DNA from: Octopus vulgaris
Lineage: Eukaryota
Length of the DNA: 64,000 bases
NCBI GenBank assembly: GCA_951406725.2
Contig: OX597816.1
Coordinates: 9,796,001-9,860,000, forward strand
Direction of reading: 5' to 3'
Below the pieces are notes generated by a model. The model was given only the letters and a program-made list of their open reading frames with translations. It was not told where the DNA came from and made no database searches. Made by a program: the position numbers and the translations under genes. The first letter of the stretch is position 1; every line of letters starts with the position of its first letter. Of this stretch, positions 52,817 to 64,000 are shown piece by piece.

Positions 52817-53229
52817 TTACTCTTTTACTCTTTTACTTGTTTCAGTCATCTGACTGCAGCCATGCTGGAGCACCGCCTTTAATCGAGCAAATCGACTCCG
52901 GGACTTATTCTTTGTAAGCCCAGTACTTATTCTATCGGTCTCTCTTTTGCCGAACCACTAAGTGACGGGGACATAAACACACCAGCATCGGTTGTCAAGC
53001 AATGCTAGGGGAACAAACACAGACACACAAACACATACACACACACATATATATATACATATATATGACAGGCTTCTTTCAGTTTCCGTCTACCAAATCC
53101 ACTCACAAGGCATTGGTCGGCCCGGGGCTATAGCAGAAGACACTTGCCCAAGATGCCACGCAGTGGGACTGAACCCGGAACAATGTGGTTGGTTAGCAAG
53201 CTACTTACCACACAGTCACTCCTGCGCCT
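52817..53229 (-). mobile_element. SINE family A, young
   Basis: Full-length homology. Confidence 0.92.
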
Positions 53230-53826
53230 ATACTCTTAATTCTGTTTCTCCTTCTAAGTATGTATATATTCTTTCTTGCTTACTCCTACATACTCCTATA
53301 TGTGAGGTAGCCATGAGTCTCTTCTATAGCAAGACACCTTGCCGGTTCCTCAATCATACATTAGCTGCTCAACACCTGGCATAAAGCCACCTCCTCCTTT
53401 ACTACAACCACACTCAGTTGAGGAGGTTTCTTCTTTGTCTTTGCAAGACACTTGGCGACCTCATTACTACTGGTATATGCAAAAAAGTACCCAGTGCACT
53501 TTGGGGCTTCCAACTGTAGAGACCATACCAAAGCAGACACTGGAGCTCAAAGCAGTCCTCCAATTCACAGAATCTCCTCAAGGCTGTTCAACCCAAGTCA
53601 GCATGGAGTATGGATGTTAAATGATGATGAAATACCTATATTGATCATCGATCTATACACATATATATGTGTACATTAGTTATTTTACAGTCATTTCTTC
53701 CATGTTTGTGGTTGGACAAATATCCTCTAAAAAAATAATTTTTTTTTCCCAGTCTCCAGCCACCTTTGTGTCGAATAGGATCAGCACCCACCATTTTTCT
53801 TATGACTTTCTTGTTTCATTTTTTTC

Positions 53827-54188
53827 AGCATCGCCTTACTGGCACTTGTGCCCATGCTAGTAGGGTGCCAAGAGCACCATCCGAGTGTGATCGTTGCCAG
53901 AGCGGCTAACTGGCTTCCGTGCCGGTGGCATGTAAAAGGGCACCATTCGAGCATGATCATTACCAACGTCGCCTTACTGGCACCTGTGCCGGTGGCATGT
54001 GTAAAAAGATTCAAGCAAGGTCATTGCCAGTACCGCCTGACTGCCCCCCCCCACCCATGCCAGTGGCAAGTAAAAAGCACCCACTACACTCTCGGAGTAG
54101 TTGGCGTTAGGAAGGGCATCCAGCTGTAGAAACTCTGCCAGATCAACCCATGCTAGCATGGAAAGTGGATGTTAAACCGTGATGATGA
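53827..54188 (+). mobile_element. Family C (RTE-like) 3' end with internal subrepeats
   Basis: Repeated GTGCCGGTGGCATGT..AAAA units, then TTAGGAAGGGCATCCAGCTGTAGAAAC and a GATGATG tail. Confidence 0.78.
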
Positions 54189-55191
54189 ATGTTTTTTCAC
54201 TTCAATTTCCTATCACTTCTTTACTCAGTTGTCATCCTCTATATTCATCACATGACCATACCAGTTCAACCTTCTATCAGACTTCTCCAATTCCTATTAT
54301 ATTCAGTTATTTTCTCCGTTCACTCATACTGAATAACAGAAGGCATTTAATGCTCAAAAGCCATGTTCTATTACTATTCAGCATTATATTTATCCAACAG
54401 GCATCATATAATCTCTCCTTCACTCAGAAAGAGTTTGCCTTTATTATTAGTAATGGTAACAGCTCCCTACACATTTTCCCCTCATGTTCTTAAACTGGTA
54501 CAATACTCTTGGAGCACTCTTGACCTCAGCTAATTTGGCACCAAAGAAATGGAAGGTATCTACTACTTAGATATCCTTCGGTCATTTACAAAATGTCAAA
54601 AGAAACTTTGAATAATAAAATATCCATGTCTTTGACATTTAAGAACATCTTATGAAGAAGATCTTATGTCTCATGATTGTTTAGCATCATCAGCTGAGCA
54701 TGAAATTTTGAGTCACAATATATTATCAATAACAGACTTTATTATTTCATATCCTGTTTTTAGGCTAAGTTTTATATAAAAACAATTAACATTAGACAGA
54801 AGGATTATTCAAGATTTTTCAGCAGAGTAGAGTAGATGTTTATTAAACATAAGAAGAGGAGCGGCAGTGACTTTATATTTTCAGCTTCCTGCCTATCCTC
54901 TGTGCGTGTGTGCGTGTATGCATATGTGTGTGCATGTGTGTGTGTGTGTGTGTGCATGTGTGTATGTGTGCCTGTATGTTTGTATATCTCACTAGGTGGA
55001 AATATACAGACAGTATTGTCGTTGTCATTTCTTCTGTCAACAAATCATCTGATCAAATTATATTTTTGAAAAACAGGCAAAAGTTAGCAACAGGGAAGGC
55101 ATCCAGCTGTAGAACAAAACGCTGTCTCTGCAACAATCATCTAACTCATGTAAACATGGAAAAACTATAAAACAATGAACGAAAATATTTA

Positions 55192-55605
55192 TAGGTGCAG
55201 GAGTGGCTGTGTGGTAAGTAGCTTGCTAACCAACCATATGGTTCCGGGTTCAGTCCCACTGCGTGGCATCTTGGGCAAGTGTCTTCTGCTATAGCCTTGG
55301 GCTGACCAAAGCCTTGTGAGTGGATTTGGTAGACGGAAACTGAAAGAAACCTGTCGTATATATGTATATATATATATGTATGTGTATGTATATGTTCGTG
55401 TGTCTGTGTTTGTCCCCCTAGCATTGCTTGATAACCGATGCTGGTGTGTTTACTTCCCCGTCACTTAGCAGTTTGGCAAAAGAGACCGATAGAATAAGTA
55501 CTGTGCTTACAAAGAATAAGTCCCGGGGTCGATTTGCTCGACTAAAGGCGGTGCTCCAGCATGGCTGCAGTCAAATGACTGAAACAAGTAAAAGAGTAAA
55601 AGTGT
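55192..55605 (+). mobile_element. SINE family A, young full-length copy in + orientation
   Basis: AGGTGCAGGAGTGGCTGTGTGGTAAG...GGTTCAGTCCC...CAGTCAAATGACTGAAACAAGTAAAAGAGTAAAA. Confidence 0.93.
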
Positions 55606-55830
55606 AAAGAGATATGAGTCTATGTACATGTGTATGAGAGAAACATGTGGCAGCGCATGGCCCAGTAGCTACAGTGTTCGGCTTTTAATAATAAGGTTGT
55701 AGGTTCAGTTAACAGATCAGGCAGTACTTTGTCTTTATGAGCAAAGTACTTCATTTAACATGGCTCCACATGTTTAGCAATCCTTTCTCTCTTTCTCTCT
55801 GCCACATCCTCAATGTTCAGTTGGGGTTAA

Positions 55831-56351
55831 CTCTTTAGCATTATTTTATTATCAAATGTACTTGTTGCCAGTGCTGTCATCAGTGCCACTGGACTGGCTC
55901 CTGTGCAAGTGACACATAAAAAGCACCATTTGAGCATGGCCGTTGCCAGTACTACCTAACTGGCCCTTGTGCCGGCAGCATGTAAAAGCACCCACTACAC
56001 ACTCAGAGTGGTTGGTGTTAGGAAGGGCATCCAGCTGTAGAAACTCTGCCAGATCAAGATTGGAGCCTGGTGCAGCCATGTGGTTCACCAGTCCTCAGTC
56101 AAATCGTCCAACCCATGCTAGCATGAAAAGTGGATGTTAAATGATGATGATGATGATGATGTAAAGTTTGTTTATTCACATTGATTTGAATTAATCACTC
56201 ATTATCTTTGTGACTTCAAGAATTCAATGATCTGATGGTTTATTTTCACCATAACATTGTCAAGTAGATGTGAGATGTTGAACTAAGCCAGTTTAAATGT
56301 AAAAGTGGCAGAATATTTTGGCCGGATATGGCCAGTTTTAATGGTTAAGGG
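55831..56351. mobile_element. piggyBac-type MITE (P2) carrying a nested family C insertion (~55860-56161)
   Basis: TTAA|CTCTTTAGCATT...GGTTAAGGG|TTAA. The body resumes with TTGTTTATTCACATTG after the (GAT)n tail. Confidence 0.75.
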
Positions 56352-57082
56352 TTAAGAGAGGAGAGGTTAAGAGGATACCTATATCAGTTCATGACTACAC
56401 GGGCAATTTAAACAATTAGTGCACTTGCTACCATGTCATATACATTTGCAAATGTCAACTATAACCATTGTAGTTTTTATATATACGTGAGTGTTTGACA
56501 GAACTAAAAGCACTTTATGACTTCTCATTAGATCTTTCTAGATTCTGAATCAAAACTCTATTGGATTGACTTTGACATTTCATTCCTTTAGGGTCAATAC
56601 AAAAAAAAAAGAGTACCATGCAAGTCCTCAGATCTTAGCTGTGTCCTCCCTTGACAAATGCATGACCTCATGTCATTGTGGGAAATCCGTTTTATCCGAG
56701 GCACACCAAAAACGATACATTGATGAATGGTCTTGCTGTTAGAGAAGCAATCAATACATCTGTGTATGCATGTGTACGCTCATATTTTGTATGTACCTGT
56801 GTTTCCACGGAGACATATACACACACATTCACACTCAAAAACACACCCATACACACAAATGCAAACACATTTGTATCTGTGTGCATGTACTCAAATACAA
56901 TGTGTATATATTCATGTATGTCGTGTGTGCATTCAAATGAATACATATCTATATAATTGTGCATGTATGTGTAGTGTGTGTGTATGTATATGTGTATATA
57001 TATTGTGTGTATGTATGCATGTGTATATATATATATCATCATCATCATCATCATCAATGTCCGTGATGATGAGGATGATGAC

Positions 57083-57113
<31 letters not shown>

Positions 57114-57125
57114 TACATACACACA

Positions 57126-57168
<43 letters not shown>

Positions 57169-57320
57169 TATATATATATAAAGTGTGTGTGAAAGTGTAT
57201 AAATATATATAGGGTGTATTTATGTGTATATCTGTACTGATATCTGTGTGTACTTGTATAAGTATCTCTAAAATAGTGTGTTTATATGTGTATATGTTTG
57301 AGTATGTGTGTGTCTGTGTG

Positions 57321-57362
<42 letters not shown>

Positions 57363-57643
57363 TGTGAGTGTGTATAAATATTGGACATTTGTATGTGTGT
57401 AAATAGAGATACGGTATAGAACGAGATAATACTAAAGTTAACTAAGTGCTGATCTATTTGTATTGAACACTCTTTTTTAGTGAAAGAGCTTTGGAGAAGA
57501 AAAGCAGAATGCTGTATGATGTCTGCAAACGAGAATAAGCTTTAGAATAGGCTAGAAAGTGATGGATTAGTTTGATGTCTTAAAATGCCTCAATCTATCG
57601 CACATACGTACATGTATGTTAGTATGTACATATACATATACAT

Positions 57644-57698
<55 letters not shown>

Positions 57699-57717
57699 TT
57701 TATACACACACATTTAT

Positions 57718-57750
<33 letters not shown>

Positions 57751-57774
57751 AAATATATAAAGTATGTGAGTGTT

Positions 57775-58187
57775 TTATCTTTTATCTTTTTCCTGTTCCA
57801 GTCATTAGACTGTGGCCATGCTGGGGCACTGCCTTGAATTTTTATTTAAATAGATCAACTCCAGTTCTCTTTTTTTTTTTTAAGTCTGATACTTATTCTA
57901 TCAGTCTCTTTTACCAAACCACTAAATCAGGGGGATGTAAACATACCAACACCGTTTGTCAAGCAATATTTGGGGATATATACAGACACAAAGACACACA
58001 CACACACACACACACACATGTATGTGTATATGATGGGCTTCTTTCAATTTCCATCAACGCAAGGCTTTGGCAGACCTGAAGCTAGAGTAGAAGACACTTG
58101 CCTTGCCCATTGTGCCATGCAGTGAGATTGAACTCAGAACCATGTGGTTGGGAAACAAACTTCTTATCACACAACCATACCTGCGCC

Positions 58188-58188
<1 letters not shown>
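57775..58188 (-). mobile_element. SINE family A, older copy
   Basis: Diverged full-length homology. Confidence 0.8.
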
Positions 58189-58218
<30 letters not shown>

Positions 58219-58998
58219 TTATAGTAATATTGAATTTTTGTTCTATGTGTATACCAATATTTCTCTCACTTTGCTACATCTGATACATGTATGCATGTGG
58301 AAACACAGCCACAAATTATGAGCATACCCACTCACATGCATGCTTGTGTGTATTTGAGTTCAGTTAATTTATTATACTTTATTTTATCGTCATTATTATC
58401 TATCATCACTCATTTAAAAAATAATGAACCAAGGATATTTTCAAGAATAAATATTAAAAACTGGTCCCTATCTTCTGGAATAAAATACCCTAAAATAACA
58501 AAACAGGAAAAAAAAAAAAAAAAATCCCCAAAACAAAAATACTAGAAAAATCAGAAAGCGATCAACTTTGAAAAAAATTTTGATATTTGAAGTAAAATCT
58601 ATCTATAAAAGAAAAAAAAAGCAACAAAAAAAATCCAACAAAACAAAGTAGATAAAATCATGGTGAACAGTAAAAAAAAAAATACAAAGTTCATATTTAA
58701 GTGGCAATATAAGTTGTGATTACATTTCTAAGGCTGGAAAGTGATCGGTTTAGAAAGATATTCCTCTCTTACAATTCTCCAGTTCTTTCTATTGCTTTTG
58801 CAACGCATCTCGTAAACTTATGGAGTGGGGGGGGGGGGCAAACGAAGAAAAAAAAATCAATTATTGCATTGTGAATTTTGGTTCATGTGTGCATGAATAT
58901 GTGTCTGTGTGTGTGCTTGAACATGTGCTTATACACACACACATATTCATATATATATGTCTGTATGAATACAGATATGTATTCGTGTCAGTATATAA

Positions 58999-59091
<93 letters not shown>

Positions 59092-59321
59092 AAATGATAT
59101 AATATATATTTTTTCTGCTTTGCTTCATTTTTTTTCCCTGCATTGCACGTTTTATTTTCAAAAGATCTATTAGGTTCATTTGATTTACGTTGAAAACAGC
59201 AGCTTCAGGTGTGCTGTAACTATGCATATATCAGCAACAGGTATATTGAAGAGATAAGCTAGATAAATGCTTTGAATAGCAACAGGTATATTAAAGCGTG
59301 TGTGTGTGAGTGTATGTGTGT

Positions 59322-59371
<50 letters not shown>

Positions 59372-59602
59372 TGCGTATTGGGTTTGTCAATAGAAAGGTT
59401 GTTGCTAGCTAAGTGGAATAAAGATATGAAGTTGTTAAGAATGCTGAAACACGTCAATATCTTGGATGAATGTTAAAAAAAAAAAAATTAAATTTAAACT
59501 GAATGGAGATTGAAGTGTCAACAGTTTTAATATTTTAATTAAACAGCTGTATTGTTAATTTATATGCATATATATATGTATGTGTGTGTGTGTCTTTGTA
59601 TG

Positions 59603-59655
<53 letters not shown>

Positions 59656-59960
59656 GTATATGCACATGTATGTGTGCGTGTGTATATATATATATATATA
59701 TATACATAGCTACACATATGTGTGCAACATATACACGTACATATATATATATATACACATAAAATAACGATCCAGCTGTTTAATTTTTATATATATACAT
59801 GCACAAATATTTATATATGTATTACAAATATAAGTATTATCTATGTATGCCTGTGTATATGTGTGTGTGTGTATCTATATCTATATATATCATATGTATA
59901 GTATGTATAATATATATATATATATATATATATATGATGATGATGACATATATATATGCA

Positions 59961-60181
59961 TTTTTTTATTCTTTTATTTGTTTCAGTCATTTGACTGTGG
60001 CCATGCTGGAGCCCCAGCTTTAGCCAAACGAATTGCCCCCAGGTCTTATTCTTTGTAAGCCTAGTACTTATTCTATGTCTCTTTTGTCAAACTGCTAAGT
60101 TACGGGGATGTAATCACACCAGCATTGGTTGTCAAGCAACGTTGAGATGGGTGGGGTGGGGGGACAAACACAGACACAGAA

Positions 60182-60227
<46 letters not shown>

Positions 60228-60396
60228 ATATACGATGGGCTTCTTTCAGTTTCCATCTACCAAATCCACTCACAAGGCTTTGATTGACCTGAGGCTATAG
60301 AAAAAGACACTTGCCCAAGGTGCCACGCAGTGGTACTGAACCTGGAACCATGTGGTTGGTACACAAGCTACTTACCACACAGCCACTCCTGTGCCT
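59961..60396 (-). mobile_element. SINE family A
   Basis: Full-length homology. Confidence 0.88.
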
Positions 60397-60946
60397 ATAT
60401 TTCACATATAAAATGTATAGCATAACATATAGTTTACTCTTAACATTTTACATTTTTTGCATTAATACATACTTTCCATTTGCACACACACACACTTAAA
60501 CCCCTCCCCACGCACATGTATCCTTACATTCACAACACCATTCTTTTATAACATATCACTACTCATCTCAGTGTCAACCTCCACTTATTTCCTATTTCTA
60601 ATTTCTCAAAAAATACTTATGTCATTATCCAATAAGATTCTCTTTGTTACATATTTTCCATGCAGCATCCTTTCATAATTTTTAAACCTAGGCACTCTAC
60701 ACTTATTATATACCAAAATTTTACATTCCATTTTTCAACATCGCCTGAAGATCGGCAATGAGGCACTCAGAATAACTATTTGCAAAGTATCATTTTCCAA
60801 TAATTTATATAATGCTACTTTTAGCATGTAGTTCACTCTACTATCTCTTGTTTGCACCTGTAGTTTTATATCTTTGTATGTGAGTGTGTAGTCACATATA
60901 TATATGTATATGTGTATGTATTATATATATATATTTGTGTGCATGC

Positions 60947-61006
<60 letters not shown>

Positions 61007-61845
61007 GTATGTGTATATAGAGATGTCTATATATTCATATGTATGTATATATATATACATATATATATGTATATAGAGATGTCTATATATTCATATATAT
61101 TCATATATATATATAGAGAGAGAGAGAGAAAGAGAGATATGTGTATATAGAGATGTCTATATATTCATATATATGTATGTATATATATATATGTATATAG
61201 AGATGTCTATATATTCATATATATTCATATATATATATATATCCACGCACACACATACACAGGTACACATATTTATGGACACGATGATGCACACTCACAA
61301 AACACGCATACATAGATGCACGTGTGTGCATGTATGTGTCTTGGTTTTTAGAATAGGTGCACCGTCTCCCTGTGTGTTGTAAGAGGTGACTAAAAGTGTA
61401 GGCGTAGAGAACAGCTTCTGGCCATAAAACAATGCCTGGAAATGTCTCATCCAACCCATGCTAATTTCAAATGCGGATGTGAAAATGATAATGATGATGA
61501 TCAACATGATTGTGTATATCTGTGTGTGTGTGTGTGTATGTGTGTATAGGTATGTGTGTGTATGTATATATATAATGATTATTTTATATGTATATATATA
61601 CATACATATATATATATATATATACCAATACACAAGCACACATGTATGTCGTGTGTGCGTGTGCATGTGTGTATAGGTATGTGTGTGTGTATATACATAA
61701 TGATGATTTTTATATATATATATGTATATGTATATATATACATACAGACAAACACACACACATGCACACTAACACATAAATATATACATACACATACACA
61801 CACACATGTATATAGACATTCTCACATAGACGTTTACAAATACAT

Positions 61846-61903
<58 letters not shown>

Positions 61904-62967
61904 GTGTATTCTTATGCGAGTGTATGTATATGCTTGTGAGCGTGCAAGTATTCTAATTTTTAGAATAACCACAACTATTCTCTCTCTCTCTTTATCTATC
62001 TATTTATCTATCTATCTCTCTATATACACACAGCACACACACACACAAACACACGTGCAAGTGTGTGTGTAGACTTCAACAAGTGGCTTAAGACAGTCTA
62101 CACAAAAAAACCGAAAAGAAAACAATATAAGGAATAATTTGATGACAATAACCAAGTAATTCATCTAAAATTTTGTTAGTAGAGAAGTCTTGGTTGACTG
62201 TAAACGATAGCAGAAAGCCACCTACAGCTGACTGCATATGCGTGTGTGTGTGCGCGTGCACGACTGTATATGCGTATCTGTACATATGCATGAGCGTGTG
62301 TGTGCATAAGTACGTATATATATATGTACATGAATATATTAGAGAATATTTTATTTAAAAGTAAAATTAAGGAAAGGTATTACAAGTTCTTTTCTTTTTT
62401 CATTTTTTCTGTTAATTGACAGTATGACAGAATGTGTTTTTACGTTGTGAAACTGTACTCATTTCATACAAATTTTCCTCCCCATTTTATACGATATCTT
62501 GATTATTTTCAAGAATCATTGTTTGTTTGAAATATTCATAATGACAAAATACCGAGGAAATGTCAGAGATTGTCTCGAAATATTTGAGGTAATTAAGCTT
62601 TGAGAAATGTTTGATTTTTGTGATTAGAAGATTAGAAGATTTTTGTGATTATAAGAATGGGAAAAGTTGCTTTATTTGTTGAGATTAATATTTCAGTAAA
62701 ATTGAGTAGATGAGAATTTCATAAATGTTTGATTATTTCAAAGTTTCTGATTTAGTTTCACTTTCTGTTTCATTTTCTGTTTTCCAGGAGACAAGAAGAA
62801 CTGAATTTGTTTGCTATCATATATGTGTGTGTGTGTGTTTGTGCATGTGCTTAAGAGCATGGAGTTTTACAGATATATTGGAGGAGAGGTGTTTAAAAGT
62901 AATTATGTGAGTGCCGTGCTTGAGTAGAAGACCCATCGAGCCGAGAGAATCATAGTTGTGGCAGATA

Positions 62968-63187
62968 CTGGTGTCATGCAACTGGTGCCCATGCCATAAA
63001 AGCACCCGTTACACCCTGAGAGGGGTTGGTGTTAGGAAGGGCATCCAGCCATAGAAAACCCGTGTCAAATCAGACTGGAGTCTGGTGCAACCTTCCAGCT
63101 TGCCAGCCTTGGTCAAACTGTCCAACCCATGCCAGCATAGATAACGGATGTTAAATGATGATAATGATGATGATGATGATGATGATG
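62968..63187 (+). mobile_element. Family C (RTE-like) 3' end
   Basis: GGTGTTAGGAAGGGCATCCAGCCATAGAAA...CGGATGTTAAATGATGAT tail. Confidence 0.78.
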
Positions 63188-63319
63188 CTACACACACACA
63201 CACACACATACACTTCACACATATGTGAAGGCATACACAAGCACAGGTGTGTCTATACACCTTCACATACACACCTACACTAAAATTTAAACACTTCTTC
63301 ATATATTCTTTCGTGTTTT

Positions 63320-63720
63320 TCTTCCGTTTACTAGTTACAGCCATTAGGCTGTGACCATGCTGGAGCATTGGTTGTAAAGGTTTTAGTGTATCACATCAAC
63401 CACGCTACTTATTCCAGTCTGGTGTTTATCGATATCTGTTTGTTGATCTGCTAATCTTACAGGGTCTAAAGGGATAAAACATACAGAATGATGCTGTGTT
63501 TTATTTTCTCACAGGTGTAAATGTAACACAGGCAGGAACACACAAACACACAAATATGTGTATGTAGCAGGCTTCTCTATAGTTTCCATGTACTGTATTT
63601 CACTTGCAAGAAGTAGAAGTCAACCTGAGGCTTCAGAGAAAGATACTGCTTAAGGCAGTGCACTGTGGTATTGAACCTAGTGCCATGTGATATCAAAGTG
63701 AGCTTCTTATACCAAAGCTT
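63320..63720 (-). mobile_element. Old, highly diverged SINE family A
   Basis: GTGACCATGCTGGAGCA tail block and a CAGTGGTATTGAACC-like B-box block. Confidence 0.6.
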
Positions 63721-64000
63721 GTGTCTATGGGTACATGAATGCTTATTGTATGAGAGATCACATGAAAGAGGGTAGACCCTCAAATAGTTTAGAAACAAGG
63801 AGATATTAAAACCAGGTTAAAAGGAGTGAAATTTACAAAAAAGAAAAAAAAAATGAAAAATATTAAATAACAAGAAAATGAGAAGAGAGATGACAGGTGA
63901 CAAAAACATTGTCCACACACACACACAAACAGATACACATACACAAACTGATACACACACACACACACAGAGAAAGATACCCACCCCCACCCCCACCAAA

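Noticed and set aside
55192-55265. tRNA-like sequence with A and B boxes
   Set aside because: It is a SINE head continuous with the SINE body, not a standalone tRNA gene.

Overview
AT-rich, microsatellite-saturated eukaryotic non-coding DNA, most likely a coleoid cephalopod (Octopus-like). That assignment is inferred from the tRNA-derived SINE families and the (TA)n/(CA)n/(ATC)n density. There is no intact protein-coding gene, and nearly all supplied ORFs are simple-repeat or SINE artefacts. The window holds dozens of copies of about 4-5 tRNA-derived SINE families, RTE-like 3' ends with (GAT)n tails, TTAA-flanked piggyBac-type MITEs, a hAT-like MITE and a CR1/L2-type LINE 3' end. It also holds a decayed Helitron Rep/helicase 5' fragment, a decayed Tc1/mariner transposase split by a SINE, several foldback elements and local duplications. 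The notable observations are: (1) a CpG-decayed U6 snRNA retrocopy fused at its oligo-T end to a retroposon 3' tail, resembling mammalian U6-L1 chimeras; (2) compensatory changes in the 3' stem-loop of that tail; (3) at least 6 short elements, mostly next to (TA)n or other microsatellites, sharing a Penelope-type minimal hammerhead-like architecture with variant cores; (4) strong strand bias of near-full-length SINEs and inverted SINE pairs, plus a few weak candidate small exons, suggesting the window may be intronic.
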